This document shows positions 8,539-18,400 of a stretch of 45,169 nucleotides of DNA, piece by piece (position 1 is the first letter of the stretch; every line of letters begins with the position of its first letter). The stretch is from positions 1 to 45,169 of the forward strand of contig JBFLZX010000006.1 of assembly GCA_040756075.1 (NCBI GenBank), given 5' to 3'. Under the pieces are notes generated by a model. It was not told the origin of the DNA, made no database searches, and saw nothing but the letters and a program-made list of their open reading frames with translations. The stretch comes from Patescibacteria group bacterium (GTDB lineage: Bacteria > Patescibacteriota > JABMPQ01 > JBFLZX01). The position numbers and the translations under genes were made by a program.

Positions 8539-11500
8539 AATCTTTCAATACCTTGACAAACTCATCGCTTGACAAAAATTTCTGCATTAAAATATCAAAT
8601 GACGAACCGGTTTTATCCCAATATTCAACGCCTTTAACATCTGGCGCTCGGCCATAAAGAGTTTCGTACATTTCCGAGATAGCCGATGACCTGCCAAATT
8701 CTTTCTCAATTTCTTTTAAGCGATTTGTGTATTCTTCGGATTCTGCGAGATGTTTTCGCATATCTTTAGCAAGAGCAAAACTTGCGCCAAAATATTTTGC
8801 TCCGGCTTTATCTGCTCCGCGCTTTAAAACAATTTGATAGGCAAGTTCGGGTTTTGCTTCGGCCGCGCCAATAGCAGAAATTAATTCATCTTGATACTCT
8901 TTTGAAACTGAAAGGGCAAATTTCACGCCAAAAATATCAATCGCGTCTTTTCCTGTGATTTTCGAATCTGTGCGGGAGACCCAATATTCAAGACCTTTTT
9001 GGTCATAAAATTTTCCTAAATCTTCATTATAAATTCGGTCATGAATTACGCGATACAGCATTGAAATTGCTTCTTTAGTCTCTTTTTCCTTTTGCAAAGC
9101 TAAAAGTTTATTGTCAAATTCTTTCATCATTCGATCATTAATCATTGTAAACTTTATCCCCGGCAAAGTTAATGATTCTTTTCCTTCTGGCTTGTAAAAA
9201 AATCCCGGCCCGCCTTTTTCTAAGTCTTTAACTTTTTTGCCGGCAAACTCTGAATCTGGCGTTTCCCATTTTTTAAGATTTGTCTCGTCTTGATTTTTAA
9301 GATAATCTCGATCTAAAACCAAGGTGTAGTAATAGCCGATTGTCTGCATTCTATTTAAAGTCTTAAATATTTTAGGCTCGGTTATCTTATTGGCGACAGA
9401 AACCTGATAGTAATAAGGAAATCTTCCTTTTTCAAAACCCTGATCATTTTTATCTGACCACTCTCCGCCTTTTAAATCACGCAGGACAACATAATATTTT
9501 CCATCATTTTTGTCTTTGTAAACTTTTGCTCCTTTATTTATTGAATTTTTATTTTCGCCGTATTTAAAAGAAATATCTTTTGGGTCTAGATTGTTTTGCG
9601 CGCCTTGGGTAAAATTCCATTTTAAAACTAGCCGCGTCGGACCGCGATGCCAAACAAAAGAACTAATATCCAATGGTTCTTCCGGCTTCGGAGTTGGTTT
9701 TGGCTCGGTGGCAAATGAAATTTCTGCTTCCGATAATACAGGAGTAGAATAAGGCAAAACTACGGCGCTAAAAATCAAAGATGGTGAAGATGACGAAAAC
9801 TGCGTCGGCTGCAAAATTGATGGTCCTATTCCTGGCGAAACTCCTGATGACGGTTGTTTATCAATTACTTGGGCTTTTGCTTGAGAGATTAAATTAAAAT
9901 TAAATGAGGTTGGTGATGAAAAATTTTGTTGATCTTGCAAAGCTGCTTCGATAGAATTAATACTTCTGTTAATTTTATTTAATGTCTCTAATGTACTGCC
10001 ATCTAAGGTTCTTCGCGTTGCAAAATCTTTTTTTAAATTTTGAATCTCGGCGGCCAAATTATCAATTTGCGACTTTTCTAAATCTTTTGCCTCTGCCTGC
10101 TGCAATCGAACTGTCTCTTGTTCTAAAATAGCAATTTTTTGATCAATTGGCGCAGGATCAGTAAAAAATTCACCTGTTTCGCTTTTATCCAAAACTAAGT
10201 TATTTTCGTCGATTATTTTCTTGGTTTGGTTTTTTATTTTTTGGATAATATCTTTGATCTCAGCGGGCGAAATTGGAGTTAAAGTCGGCGCCGATGGAGT
10301 TGGCAAAGGAATAGGAGTTGACAAAGCCGGAGAAGCTGATTCTGTAAAACTGATTTGAGTATAAAATGGAGTTGAACCTGTTTTTATCTTAGTGTTTTGT
10401 TTTTTCATTTCTTGATCTCCATATTTAGAAATCAAATTAAAATCTGATAATGGAGAGTTATTGATTTTTATTTCTTTTTCATCATTTGGCAAAAGGAATA
10501 ATGTCCGCTGAAAGACAAAATTAGCCGCTTTATCAGAAGGAACTTCTTTTTGTAATTCATAAGACTTATCTTTTATAGTTTCTAAATTATTTTTCCATTG
10601 CGTATTTTCCTCTCCCACGCCTGTCTCGCTTTTATTCTGCGCGACGGCAATCATTCTTAAATCTTTTGGCTCAATTTCTTTTTTAAAATTATAAGTAAAA
10701 ATATCTTTTTTTGCTGTGTAATCTTGATTTTCTTTCTTTTCTGGCGGGGTTATTTTTGGATTCTGCCATTCTTCTGCTGTAATCCAGGTTTTGCCGCCAT
10801 CAGGCGACAAATATATTTCCATCTCACCCTTGGCATCTTTGTGATGGAAAGTTTTTACTTCCAATTTCGCCCCAGTAATATAATTTTTTTCTAGAATTTT
10901 GTTTATTTCTTCCTGCAAAATTGGCTGACTTTGGGCTTTTCCAATTAAAAATCCAGTGTCATAAACGCCATATTTATTTTGAGGCTGTCCTGATGGTGAT
11001 TGGCCAGCCGGCTTTTGCGATTTAAAATTTTCAAAATTGTTTTGCGGAATAATTATTTTTATTTCTTGTGACGAGGCGCCATCGCATATTTTTGCTTTAA
11101 GCGATGCGCCGTCAGTAGAAGTTGGCGCGAGCGGAAAAATCTGGCCATTGCGGATAATAAAGTATCGAGGATCATATTGATAGCGAACTTCAATTAATTC
11201 AATTAAATGGTTGCTGACAATTTTTTCAAAAGGAAGGTAAAGCGGCATACCTTCTTTTTTAAGTTTTTCAAGTTCTTGTTTTTGTTCTTGTTCAAAAATA
11301 TTTTCATCAATATTAACACTAATTTTCGTTAAATACGCCTCATATTGCTTTTTTTGTTCTTCACTTAGTTTTGGATCTTGTAGTAGTTCTTCTTCAATAA
11401 TTTTTTTAACCGCCTCTTGCACTTGCATTTGTCTTCCTCCTTCAATAATCTGTTTTGCCATCTCTTCAAAAACTTTTCCTTTTAATAAAATTTTGATTTT

Positions 11501-12001
11501 TGTATAAACTTTGTTCTTTTCCGGATTTGTAAAATCAAAAGTTACATTTTTTGATATTTCATCTTTATTTTTAGAATTATCAGTTGAAGAAAGGAAAACT
11601 TCTGAAGAATCTATTTTAAAAAGTTCATTTTCGTATTTTAATTTATCGCAGACAGGAAAAACTCCTTGGGCGCCAGAAAAAGGATTATCTTCTGGATTAT
11701 CTACTTGATTTACAAATTTTTGGATGGCTAAACGAAGACCAGCCGGCTCTGTTCGTGATTCAGTATTATAAACCATATAAGGATCGCTTGAATCTTTGTT
11801 TAAATCGCTAAAAGCAGATGAAAGATCAATTTTATACGGTCTTTCTTGCGGCGTGATTACTCCGCCAAAATATAAAGCGCCGCCAATTCCGGCTAAAACC
11901 GCCACCCCAAGGATTATGCCGATAATTAGCTTTGTCCTCGCTTTAATTTTTGTCTGTGCAGAAATTGGATTTAGGTTAGTTTTTAAAATAATTTGACCCA
12001 T
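8537..12001 (-). CDS. Large membrane-anchored surface protein (paralog C) with coiled-coil segments and DUF4214-like C-terminus
   Basis: 1154-aa ORF; N-terminal TM like A and B; C-terminal ~370 aa highly similar to A, including a 45-bp identical DNA stretch (9228-9272 = 1855-1899). Confidence 0.75.
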   Translation of the reverse strand: MGQIILKTNLNPISAQTKIKARTKLIIGIILGVAVLAGIGGALYFGGVITPQERPYKIDLSSAFSDLNKDSSDPYMVYNTESRTEPAGLRLAIQKFVNQVDNPEDNPFSGAQGVFPVCDKLKYENELFKIDSSEVFLSSTDNSKNKDEISKNVTFDFTNPEKNKVYTKIKILLKGKVFEEMAKQIIEGGRQMQVQEAVKKIIEEELLQDPKLSEEQKKQYEAYLTKISVNIDENIFEQEQKQELEKLKKEGMPLYLPFEKIVSNHLIELIEVRYQYDPRYFIIRNGQIFPLAPTSTDGASLKAKICDGASSQEIKIIIPQNNFENFKSQKPAGQSPSGQPQNKYGVYDTGFLIGKAQSQPILQEEINKILEKNYITGAKLEVKTFHHKDAKGEMEIYLSPDGGKTWITAEEWQNPKITPPEKKENQDYTAKKDIFTYNFKKEIEPKDLRMIAVAQNKSETGVGEENTQWKNNLETIKDKSYELQKEVPSDKAANFVFQRTLFLLPNDEKEIKINNSPLSDFNLISKYGDQEMKKQNTKIKTGSTPFYTQISFTESASPALSTPIPLPTPSAPTLTPISPAEIKDIIQKIKNQTKKIIDENNLVLDKSETGEFFTDPAPIDQKIAILEQETVRLQQAEAKDLEKSQIDNLAAEIQNLKKDFATRRTLDGSTLETLNKINRSINSIEAALQDQQNFSSPTSFNFNLISQAKAQVIDKQPSSGVSPGIGPSILQPTQFSSSSPSLIFSAVVLPYSTPVLSEAEISFATEPKPTPKPEEPLDISSFVWHRGPTRLVLKWNFTQGAQNNLDPKDISFKYGENKNSINKGAKVYKDKNDGKYYVVLRDLKGGEWSDKNDQGFEKGRFPYYYQVSVANKITEPKIFKTLNRMQTIGYYYTLVLDRDYLKNQDETNLKKWETPDSEFAGKKVKDLEKGGPGFFYKPEGKESLTLPGIKFTMINDRMMKEFDNKLLALQKEKETKEAISMLYRVIHDRIYNEDLGKFYDQKGLEYWVSRTDSKITGKDAIDIFGVKFALSVSKEYQDELISAIGAAEAKPELAYQIVLKRGADKAGAKYFGASFALAKDMRKHLAESEEYTNRLKEIEKEFGRSSAISEMYETLYGRAPDVKGVEYWDKTGSSFDILMQKFLSSDEFVKVLKD

Positions 12002-12050
12002 AGATTTAGATTTAATCTCCGATGCCTCCCCTTAAAGTAAGGAGAGGTTA

Positions 12051-12179
12051 AGACCTTTTGCTAAATAATGATTGGAGTGACAAATTGAATGAAGTGAAAT
12101 TTGTTTTGGCTAATATATAACGAAATTCGCTTCACTCATTTCGTCAATCCATCTAAAAGTTAAATTCTTAGACAGCCTC
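12051..12179. mobile_element. Degenerate or hybrid miniature element sharing its right end with the 899-1028 MITE
   Basis: ATTCTTAGACAGCCTC at 12164-12179 is identical to 1013-1028; long imperfect internal hairpin; left end differs (AGACCTTTTGCTAAA). Confidence 0.5.
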
Positions 12180-12222
12180 TAAAGTTAGGTAGAAAGTTAT
12201 TTCGCAAAACATCTATTATAGA

Positions 12223-12660
12223 TTAAACTAATTTTGACTGATTATCAATAAATTTTTTAATTTTTTCTAAATAAACAGGTATATCATTAAAAAAATCCTT
12301 AATTGATTGATAAATTTTTTCTTCGTTGATGCCATTGTATTCATGCGCTAAGCGATTGCGAAGACCGGCTAGCTGTGCTAATTTTTTTGCAAAATCATAC
12401 GGCAATATCTTTAATCCAGAAAGTAAAGTGAAAGATTCAAAATAATCTTTCGGAGCTGAATTGCTTGTTTCGGAAACTAAATGATAATTAATATCAATTA
12501 TTCTCCCAATAATTCGTTCAAATAATCTTTCAGCAATAATCTCATATTCGTCTTTTTTTAAATATTCCTCTAATTTTAAGTTTGCCAAAGGACGTAACTT
12601 CTGCATATCACGGGAAATAAGATTAATTTTTCTAATTATAAGATTTCTATCTATTGGCAT
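12223..12660 (-). CDS. HepT-like (DUF86) HEPN RNase toxin, type VII TA
   Basis: RX4HXY motif RNRLAHEY; directly downstream of the MntA-like gene. Confidence 0.85.
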   Translation of the reverse strand: MPIDRNLIIRKINLISRDMQKLRPLANLKLEEYLKKDEYEIIAERLFERIIGRIIDINYHLVSETSNSAPKDYFESFTLLSGLKILPYDFAKKLAQLAGLRNRLAHEYNGINEEKIYQSIKDFFNDIPVYLEKIKKFIDNQSKLV

Positions 12661-13062
12661 TTATTGCAAATTATTAATAAACCGCGAGACTGTTTTTTCT
12701 TCAATATCAAAATACGGCTTAAAATCGCAAAACCTAAAAAAAGCATACATTTTAAATTCTGCTAAATCGCGCGGGTTGCCATATAAAACTAAATTATTCT
12801 CAAGAATTTTTTGAAGCAATAATGGATCAGCTTCATTTAAAATTGTGACATCGGGATTAATATGGAAGATTTCTTTCAATCTTGAAATTAACAAAAGATG
12901 TTTTTCAAAACTAATATCTTTTGTAACCCAAATGCCTATATCCAAATCACTTTGCCGGTGTGTTTTCTTTGAAACTTGTGAACCAAAAATCAAAATTAAC
13001 TTTAAATAATATTCTCTTGCAATTTGTGCAATTTGTTCTTTTTGCTTTTGAGAAATCTTCAT
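12661..13062 (-). CDS. MntA-like adenylyltransferase antitoxin
   Basis: GSX10DXD motif FGSQVSKKTHRQSDLDIG; DVTILNEADPLL motif. Confidence 0.85.
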   Translation of the reverse strand: MKISQKQKEQIAQIAREYYLKLILIFGSQVSKKTHRQSDLDIGIWVTKDISFEKHLLLISRLKEIFHINPDVTILNEADPLLLQKILENNLVLYGNPRDLAEFKMYAFFRFCDFKPYFDIEEKTVSRFINNLQ

Positions 13063-13069
13063 AAAATTA

Positions 13070-13339
13070 TTAACTTTTTCTAAACTCTTTTACTGCTCTT
13101 TTTGCTTTGCGTTCAAAGCCTTTTGCTTCTGTTTTGGCTTTTTCTTTTAATTCATTTATACCCTTTAAAAGCTCATCGCGCGCTTCTAAGGCCTTCTTTT
13201 TTGCCAAGTCAGCTTTTTTCTTTAAAATCTTTCTCGCTTCACGGCCGGTGGTCGGTGCATAAAGCAAAGCTAAAGCCGCGCCCGCTGCGGCACCAAAAAT
13301 TAATCCCGCTAAAAATGATCCGCAATTTTTTTGACACAT
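13070..13339 (-). CDS. YtxH domain protein
   Basis: FLAGLIFGAAAGAALALLYAPTTGREARK signature followed by a coiled coil. Confidence 0.9.
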   Translation of the reverse strand: MCQKNCGSFLAGLIFGAAAGAALALLYAPTTGREARKILKKKADLAKKKALEARDELLKGINELKEKAKTEAKGFERKAKRAVKEFRKS

Positions 13340-13344
13340 AGAAT

Positions 13345-13449
13345 TAATTTTAAATTTTAAATTTTAAATCAATTTTTAAATTATTTAATTTTAAAAATTT
13401 AATCATTAAAAAATTCATTAAAAATTAAAAATTTGACATTTTGAATTTT
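13345..13449. repeat. Inverted AT-rich heptamer array, no cargo
   Basis: aatttta x3, aatc, aattttt..., then the mirror arm attaaaa units. Confidence 0.6.
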
Positions 13450-13773
13450 TTATTCTTCCTCTTCTTCCTCCCCGCCGCTAAATATTCCAGTTATATTCTT
13501 AATTTTTTTCACCACCCGCGAAAACGAGGCAATTGGTTTTAAAAAATTCTTATCAATTTCCCGGACAGTTTGCAGAAGATCAGTCGCTGTGCCGCTAGCC
13601 TCATCCAGCACCGGATCAACTTTTGCAAGCTTTTTATTTAGATCTTCCACTGTTCGCTTTGTTTCCTGCATTAATTTTGCCCAATTAAAAAGCAGGTAAC
13701 AGAAATACCCGCTCACGCTCAAAATCGCCAAAGATAGCGCAAAGAATAAAATTGTTTTACCAATTTCTAGCAT
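13450..13773 (-). CDS. DUF948/YoxC-like membrane protein
   Basis: N-terminal TM plus coiled coil upstream of YtxH (typical pairing); ATG at 13773 preferred over 13809, which lies within a hairpin. Confidence 0.65.
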   Translation of the reverse strand: MLEIGKTILFFALSLAILSVSGYFCYLLFNWAKLMQETKRTVEDLNKKLAKVDPVLDEASGTATDLLQTVREIDKNFLKPIASFSRVVKKIKNITGIFSGGEEEEEE

Positions 13774-13784
13774 AGTTTTGTTTT

Positions 13785-13842
13785 TACTATGTACCACTAA
13801 AGGGTACATGGTAACCTTAAATCCTTTAGTGGTTTAGGGTTA
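13785..13842. other. Tandem double hairpin with complementary 7-nt loops (kissing-loop or switch candidate)
   Basis: TACTATGTACC-ACTAAAG-GGTACATGGTA and TAACCTTAAATC-CTTTAGT-GGTTTAGGGTTA; loops ACTAAAG/CTTTAGT are exact reverse complements. Confidence 0.6.
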
Positions 13843-13865
13843 TTTATTAAAATTTATCTATTTAT

Positions 13866-13916
13866 ATTCTATCAAAATAAGAAATATTTGTCAAAACATT
13901 TTTCGAGAGATATAAT
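13866..13916. promoter_or_regulatory. Back-to-back sigma70 promoters with overlapping -35 boxes
   Basis: Plus: TTGTCA(13888)-17-TATAAT(13911); minus: TTGACA(13894)-17-TAGAAT(13871) with extended TGn. Confidence 0.65.
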
Positions 13917-13958
13917 GTAACTAACAACTAACAACTTATAACTAACAACAATTTAAAA

Positions 13959-14336
13959 ATGGATAAATTCCGATTCTTAAAGTGGAAGGTTTATAAAGAT
14001 GCAAAACTTATCTTTTCTTTAGTTTTAAAAATAGTCAGAAAATTACCGAAAGAGTACCGATTTGAATTAGGAAGCCAAATTATTAAATGTTGTCTATCAA
14101 TAATTTTAAATATCGCCGAAGGTTGTGGAAAAACTTCTGATAAAGAACTGAATAGATTTATAAATATTTCCTTGGGATCAATAAATGAGTTACTTGCGGC
14201 AATTGATATTCTAAGGGATAATAAATTTATAACGATTGATGAATTTAATAATATTTACAAAAGACTTGACAGCATTTCTAATCAGTTGGGCGGATTCAAA
14301 AAGAAACTAATAACTTGCAACAGTTGTAAGTTGTAA
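13959..14336 (+). CDS. Four helix bundle protein (23S rRNA IVP / Avd-like family)
   Basis: FRFLKWKVY...LPKEYRFELGSQI...SIILNIAEGCGK..DKELNRFINISLGSINE pattern; flanked by inverted heptamer arms at ~13919-13951 and ~14322-14347. Confidence 0.9.
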   Translation: MDKFRFLKWKVYKDAKLIFSLVLKIVRKLPKEYRFELGSQIIKCCLSIILNIAEGCGKTSDKELNRFINISLGSINELLAAIDILRDNKFITIDEFNNIYKRLDSISNQLGGFKKKLITCNSCKL

Positions 14337-14358
14337 GTTGTAAGTTAATACAAATACT

Positions 14359-14976
14359 ATGAATCCTCTTTCTTGGCAAACAGTGGAAAAATATCTCTCG
14401 GAAAAAACAAAATCAGGCAACATTTTGGCCTTGATTGAGACAGAAAAAATTTTCAAAAAAGTTTTAGAAAAACTGAATTTTCCCGGAAAAACTATTTCCC
14501 AAAAAATAAAAGGCTTAAAATTTGTCCTTTCTGATTATGAAAACTTTTTATCAGCGCAAAAAATATATCAACGAATTATCTCTGATTTAAATTTTGAACC
14601 AGAACAAACAAAAATTGAAGAAATTTTAACCTATTATTATAAAGCAATTGAAGAGATTGTAAATTTTCAAAAAGAAAAACAGAATATTATCTTGATGCTA
14701 AAAATTAAGTCAACGGTATATTTGCCGTCGCAACCCCGTTCTTTTTTGAAAAAATTTATTTTAATTTCAGTTATTTTTTTCTTTATTATTTTTGTTTTAG
14801 ACAACACGCAAATTGGCAGAGCGCTGGTTAATCTCCTGGTAAAAATATCTCATTTTATCTTTAGCTGGATTTTATTTGCTGTTCTTTTGTTATTTGGACT
14901 CGCAATTATCATTATCGGCGCGCTTTTTTACTTTGAAAACCGAAAGAAAACAAAGATAACTAAAATTGAAAATTAA
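14359..14976 (+). CDS. Hypothetical membrane protein with helical N-terminal domain and two C-terminal TM segments
   Basis: 205-aa ORF, hydrophobic C-terminal half. Confidence 0.6.
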   Translation: MNPLSWQTVEKYLSEKTKSGNILALIETEKIFKKVLEKLNFPGKTISQKIKGLKFVLSDYENFLSAQKIYQRIISDLNFEPEQTKIEEILTYYYKAIEEIVNFQKEKQNIILMLKIKSTVYLPSQPRSFLKKFILISVIFFFIIFVLDNTQIGRALVNLLVKISHFIFSWILFAVLLLFGLAIIIIGALFYFENRKKTKITKIEN

Positions 14977-15030
14977 ATTCAAATTTTTAATTACAAATTT
15001 TAAATCAAATTCAAATAAATAAATGAATGA

Positions 15031-15384
15031 ATGAAAAAAACAGCAAAAAAATTTGACCTCGAAGAAAGAACCGCCAAATTCGGCGAAAATATCATTGAAT
15101 TTGTAATGAAATTACCAAAAAATTCAATAAATAATCCTTTAATTAGCCGACTTATTAAGTCTGCAACATCAATTGGCGCAAACTACATGGAAGCTAACGG
15201 CGCCGAATCTAAAAAGGATTTTTTACACAAAATTCATCTTTGTAAAAAAGAATCAAAAGAAACAATGCATTGGCTTAGGATGATTGCTAAAGCTAATCAA
15301 AATTATTCAGAAAATTGTCGTCACTTCTGGCAAGAAGCGAAAGAGTTAACTTTAATTTTTGCAAAAATTTGCCAAACTAAATAA
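15031..15384 (+). CDS. Four helix bundle protein
   Basis: DLEERTAKFG...LIKSATSIGANYMEANGAESKKDFLHKIHLCKKESKETMHWL; flanked by AT-rich heptamer arms. Confidence 0.9.
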   Translation: MKKTAKKFDLEERTAKFGENIIEFVMKLPKNSINNPLISRLIKSATSIGANYMEANGAESKKDFLHKIHLCKKESKETMHWLRMIAKANQNYSENCRHFWQEAKELTLIFAKICQTK

Positions 15385-15429
15385 TGTCTTAGATTTTGAA
15401 TTTAAAAATTCATTAAAAATTTAAAATTA

Positions 15430-18400
15430 ATGTTCACTCACCTCCACGTTCACTCCCACTACTCGCTTTTAGACGGTCTGCCAAAGATTGATGATTTAGT
15501 AATGCGAGCAAAAGAGCTTGGAATGCACTCTCTAGCTTTAACTGATCATGGGGTAATGTACGGACTTGTAGAATTTTATCAAAAGGCAAAAAAAATTGGG
15601 ATTAAACCAATTTTGGGTTGTGAAATTTATTTAGCTCCCTATGGAATGAGTCAAAAAAGAGCGAAAATTGACACAAAACCGTATCATCTAGTTTTACTCT
15701 GCAAAAATAATGAAGGGTATAAAAATTTAATCAAAATTGTCACTGCCGCCCACCTTGCCGGATATTATTACAAACCCAGAGTGGATTTTGAATTTCTAAA
15801 AAATCATGCCCAAGGCCTAATCGCGCTCACCTCTTGTCTTGAAGGAGAAATTCCGCGCCTAGTTCTTTCCGGCAATCTAGAAAAAACAGCAAAACGGGCA
15901 AAAGACTACGAACAAATTTTTGGTAAAGGAAATTTTTATTTAGAAATTCAGCACCATCCTGGCATCGCCGAGCAAAAGATTGCTAACCAAGGAATGATCA
16001 CGATTTCCAAAAAATACAATTTGCCGATTGTTGCAACCTGCGATTCGCATTATTTAATGCCGGCTGATGCCGAAATTCAAGATATTCTACTCTGTGTCCA
16101 GACACAAAAAAAAGTGGCGGAAAAAAATCGTATTTCAATGCTTGACGATGATTTTTCTTTACGAACACCGAAAGAAATGGCAGAAATTTTCAAAGAGACG
16201 CCGGAGGCGATTGCCAATACCGAAAAAATCGCAAAAATGTGCAATCTGGAATTAGAGTTTGGAAAAATAAAACTTCCAAAATTTGAAGTACCGAAACCCT
16301 ATAATCCTGATACTTATCTTAAAGAATTAGCTTATCACGGATTAACAAAAAAATATGGAATTGAAATTCACAAGAACACAAAAACACAAAAACAAGAAAA
16401 CAAATTAACCGCTGAAATTTTAAAACGCTTGGAATATGAATTGGCGGTAATTGAAAAAACCGGCTTTGCTTCATATCTCTTAATTGTCCAGGATTTTGTC
16501 AACTGGGCGAAGGAAAATAAAATCGTTGTTGGGCCTGGCCGTGGTTCTGCCGCAGGTTCCCTTGTTTGCTACCTTTTGAATATAACTGAAATTGATCCGA
16601 TTAAATATGATTTATTATTTGAAAGATTCTTAAATCCGGAGCGAATTTCAATGCCCGATATCGATTTAGACTTTGCTGACACTCGCCGCGATGAAGTAAT
16701 TGAATATGTAAAAAATAAATACGGCAAAGATCACGTTGCCCGAATTATTACTTTTGGAAAAATGGCAGCTAGAGCGGCAGTTCGCGATGTTGTCCGTGTT
16801 TTGGGTTATCCTTATAGTTTTGGCGACCAAATCGCAAAATTGATTCCTATGTTTATGACTATTTCTGAAACTTGCGATAAAGTTTATGAATTAAAAGATT
16901 TATACCAAAAAGATCCCGACGCAAAAAAAATCCTTGAATATGCAAAAAAACTAGAAGGCGTAGCCAGACATGCTTCTGTCCATGCTTGCGGCGTGGTTAT
17001 TACTCCAGAACCTCTTGATAACTATATTCCAAGACAATTTGCTTCTCAAGACGACAAGACAGTTATCACTCAATATGAAATGCATGGAATTGAAGATCTT
17101 GGTCTTTTAAAAATGGATTTTCTTGGACTCAAAAATTTAACTATTATCCAAAATACTATTAAAATTATTGAAAAAATTCATAATATAAAAAATGAGATTG
17201 ATAAAATTCCGCTTGACAATAAAAAAACTTTTGAACTTTTGCAAAAAGGAAATACAACAGGTGTGTTTCAACTGGAATCAGCGGGGATGAAACGTTATTT
17301 AAAGCAATTAAAACCAACAGAATTTGAAAATATTATCGCGATGATTTCTTTATATCGGCCAGGACCAATAGAATGGATCCCGGAATATATTTTAAGAAAA
17401 CAAGGGGAAAAAGATATAACCTATATTCATCCAAAATTAAAAAGAGCTTTGGAAAAAACTTATGGAATTTGCGTCTATCAGGAACAGTTAATGCAGATTG
17501 CCCAAGATGTGGCGGGCTTTACTTTAGCAGAAGCAGATGTCTTGCGTAAAGCAGTTGGCAAAAAAATCAAACATTTACTTTTAGAACAAAAGAAAAAATT
17601 TATCCAAGGCGCGATGGCAAATAATATTCCAGAAAGCATTGCCCAAGAAATATTTTCTTTTATTGAACCTTTTGCTGGCTATGGTTTTAATAAAGCCCAC
17701 GGAACATGTTACGCAATGATTGCTTATCAAACTGCTTATTTAAAAGCCCACTATCCGGCAGAATTTATGGCTGCTCTGCTCACTTCTGACCAAGAAGATA
17801 TTGACCGCATTGCAATTGAAATTCAAGAGTGTAAAGAAATGGGACTTGAGGTTTTGCCACCTGATGTTAATGAAAGTTTTACGAATTTTGCGGTAGTAAA
17901 AAAAGACGGAAAACCAGTTATCCGCTTCGGCCTTAATGGAATTAAAAATTTAGGTCATGATATCGCCAGCCAAATTGTTGAAGAAAGAAAACAAAACGGA
18001 AAATTCAAAAACTTTGACGATTTTATTCAGCGACTTGCCAGTCCAAAATTCAACAAAAAATTTCTCGAAAGTCTGGCAAAATCAGGAGCTTTAGATTCCC
18101 TTGCCGAAAGAAATCAAATTTTACAAAATACAGAAAAAATATTAAACTATTCAAAGAACATCCAAAAAACAAAATCAAAAGGTCAAGTTGATTTATTTGG
18201 CAATTTAAACAGCTCGGCCTCTCTTCAACTCCGTTTAGATGAAGCTCCGCCTGCTTCTAAAAATGAAAGGCTTTCCTGGGAACGAGAGCTTTTAGGCCTT
18301 TATGTCTCTGAACATCCTCTGGCGGAATTAAAAGACTATTTTGATCAAAAAACAACAAACTGCCGCCAATTAAAATCAAAACGAGGAAACGAAAAAGTTA

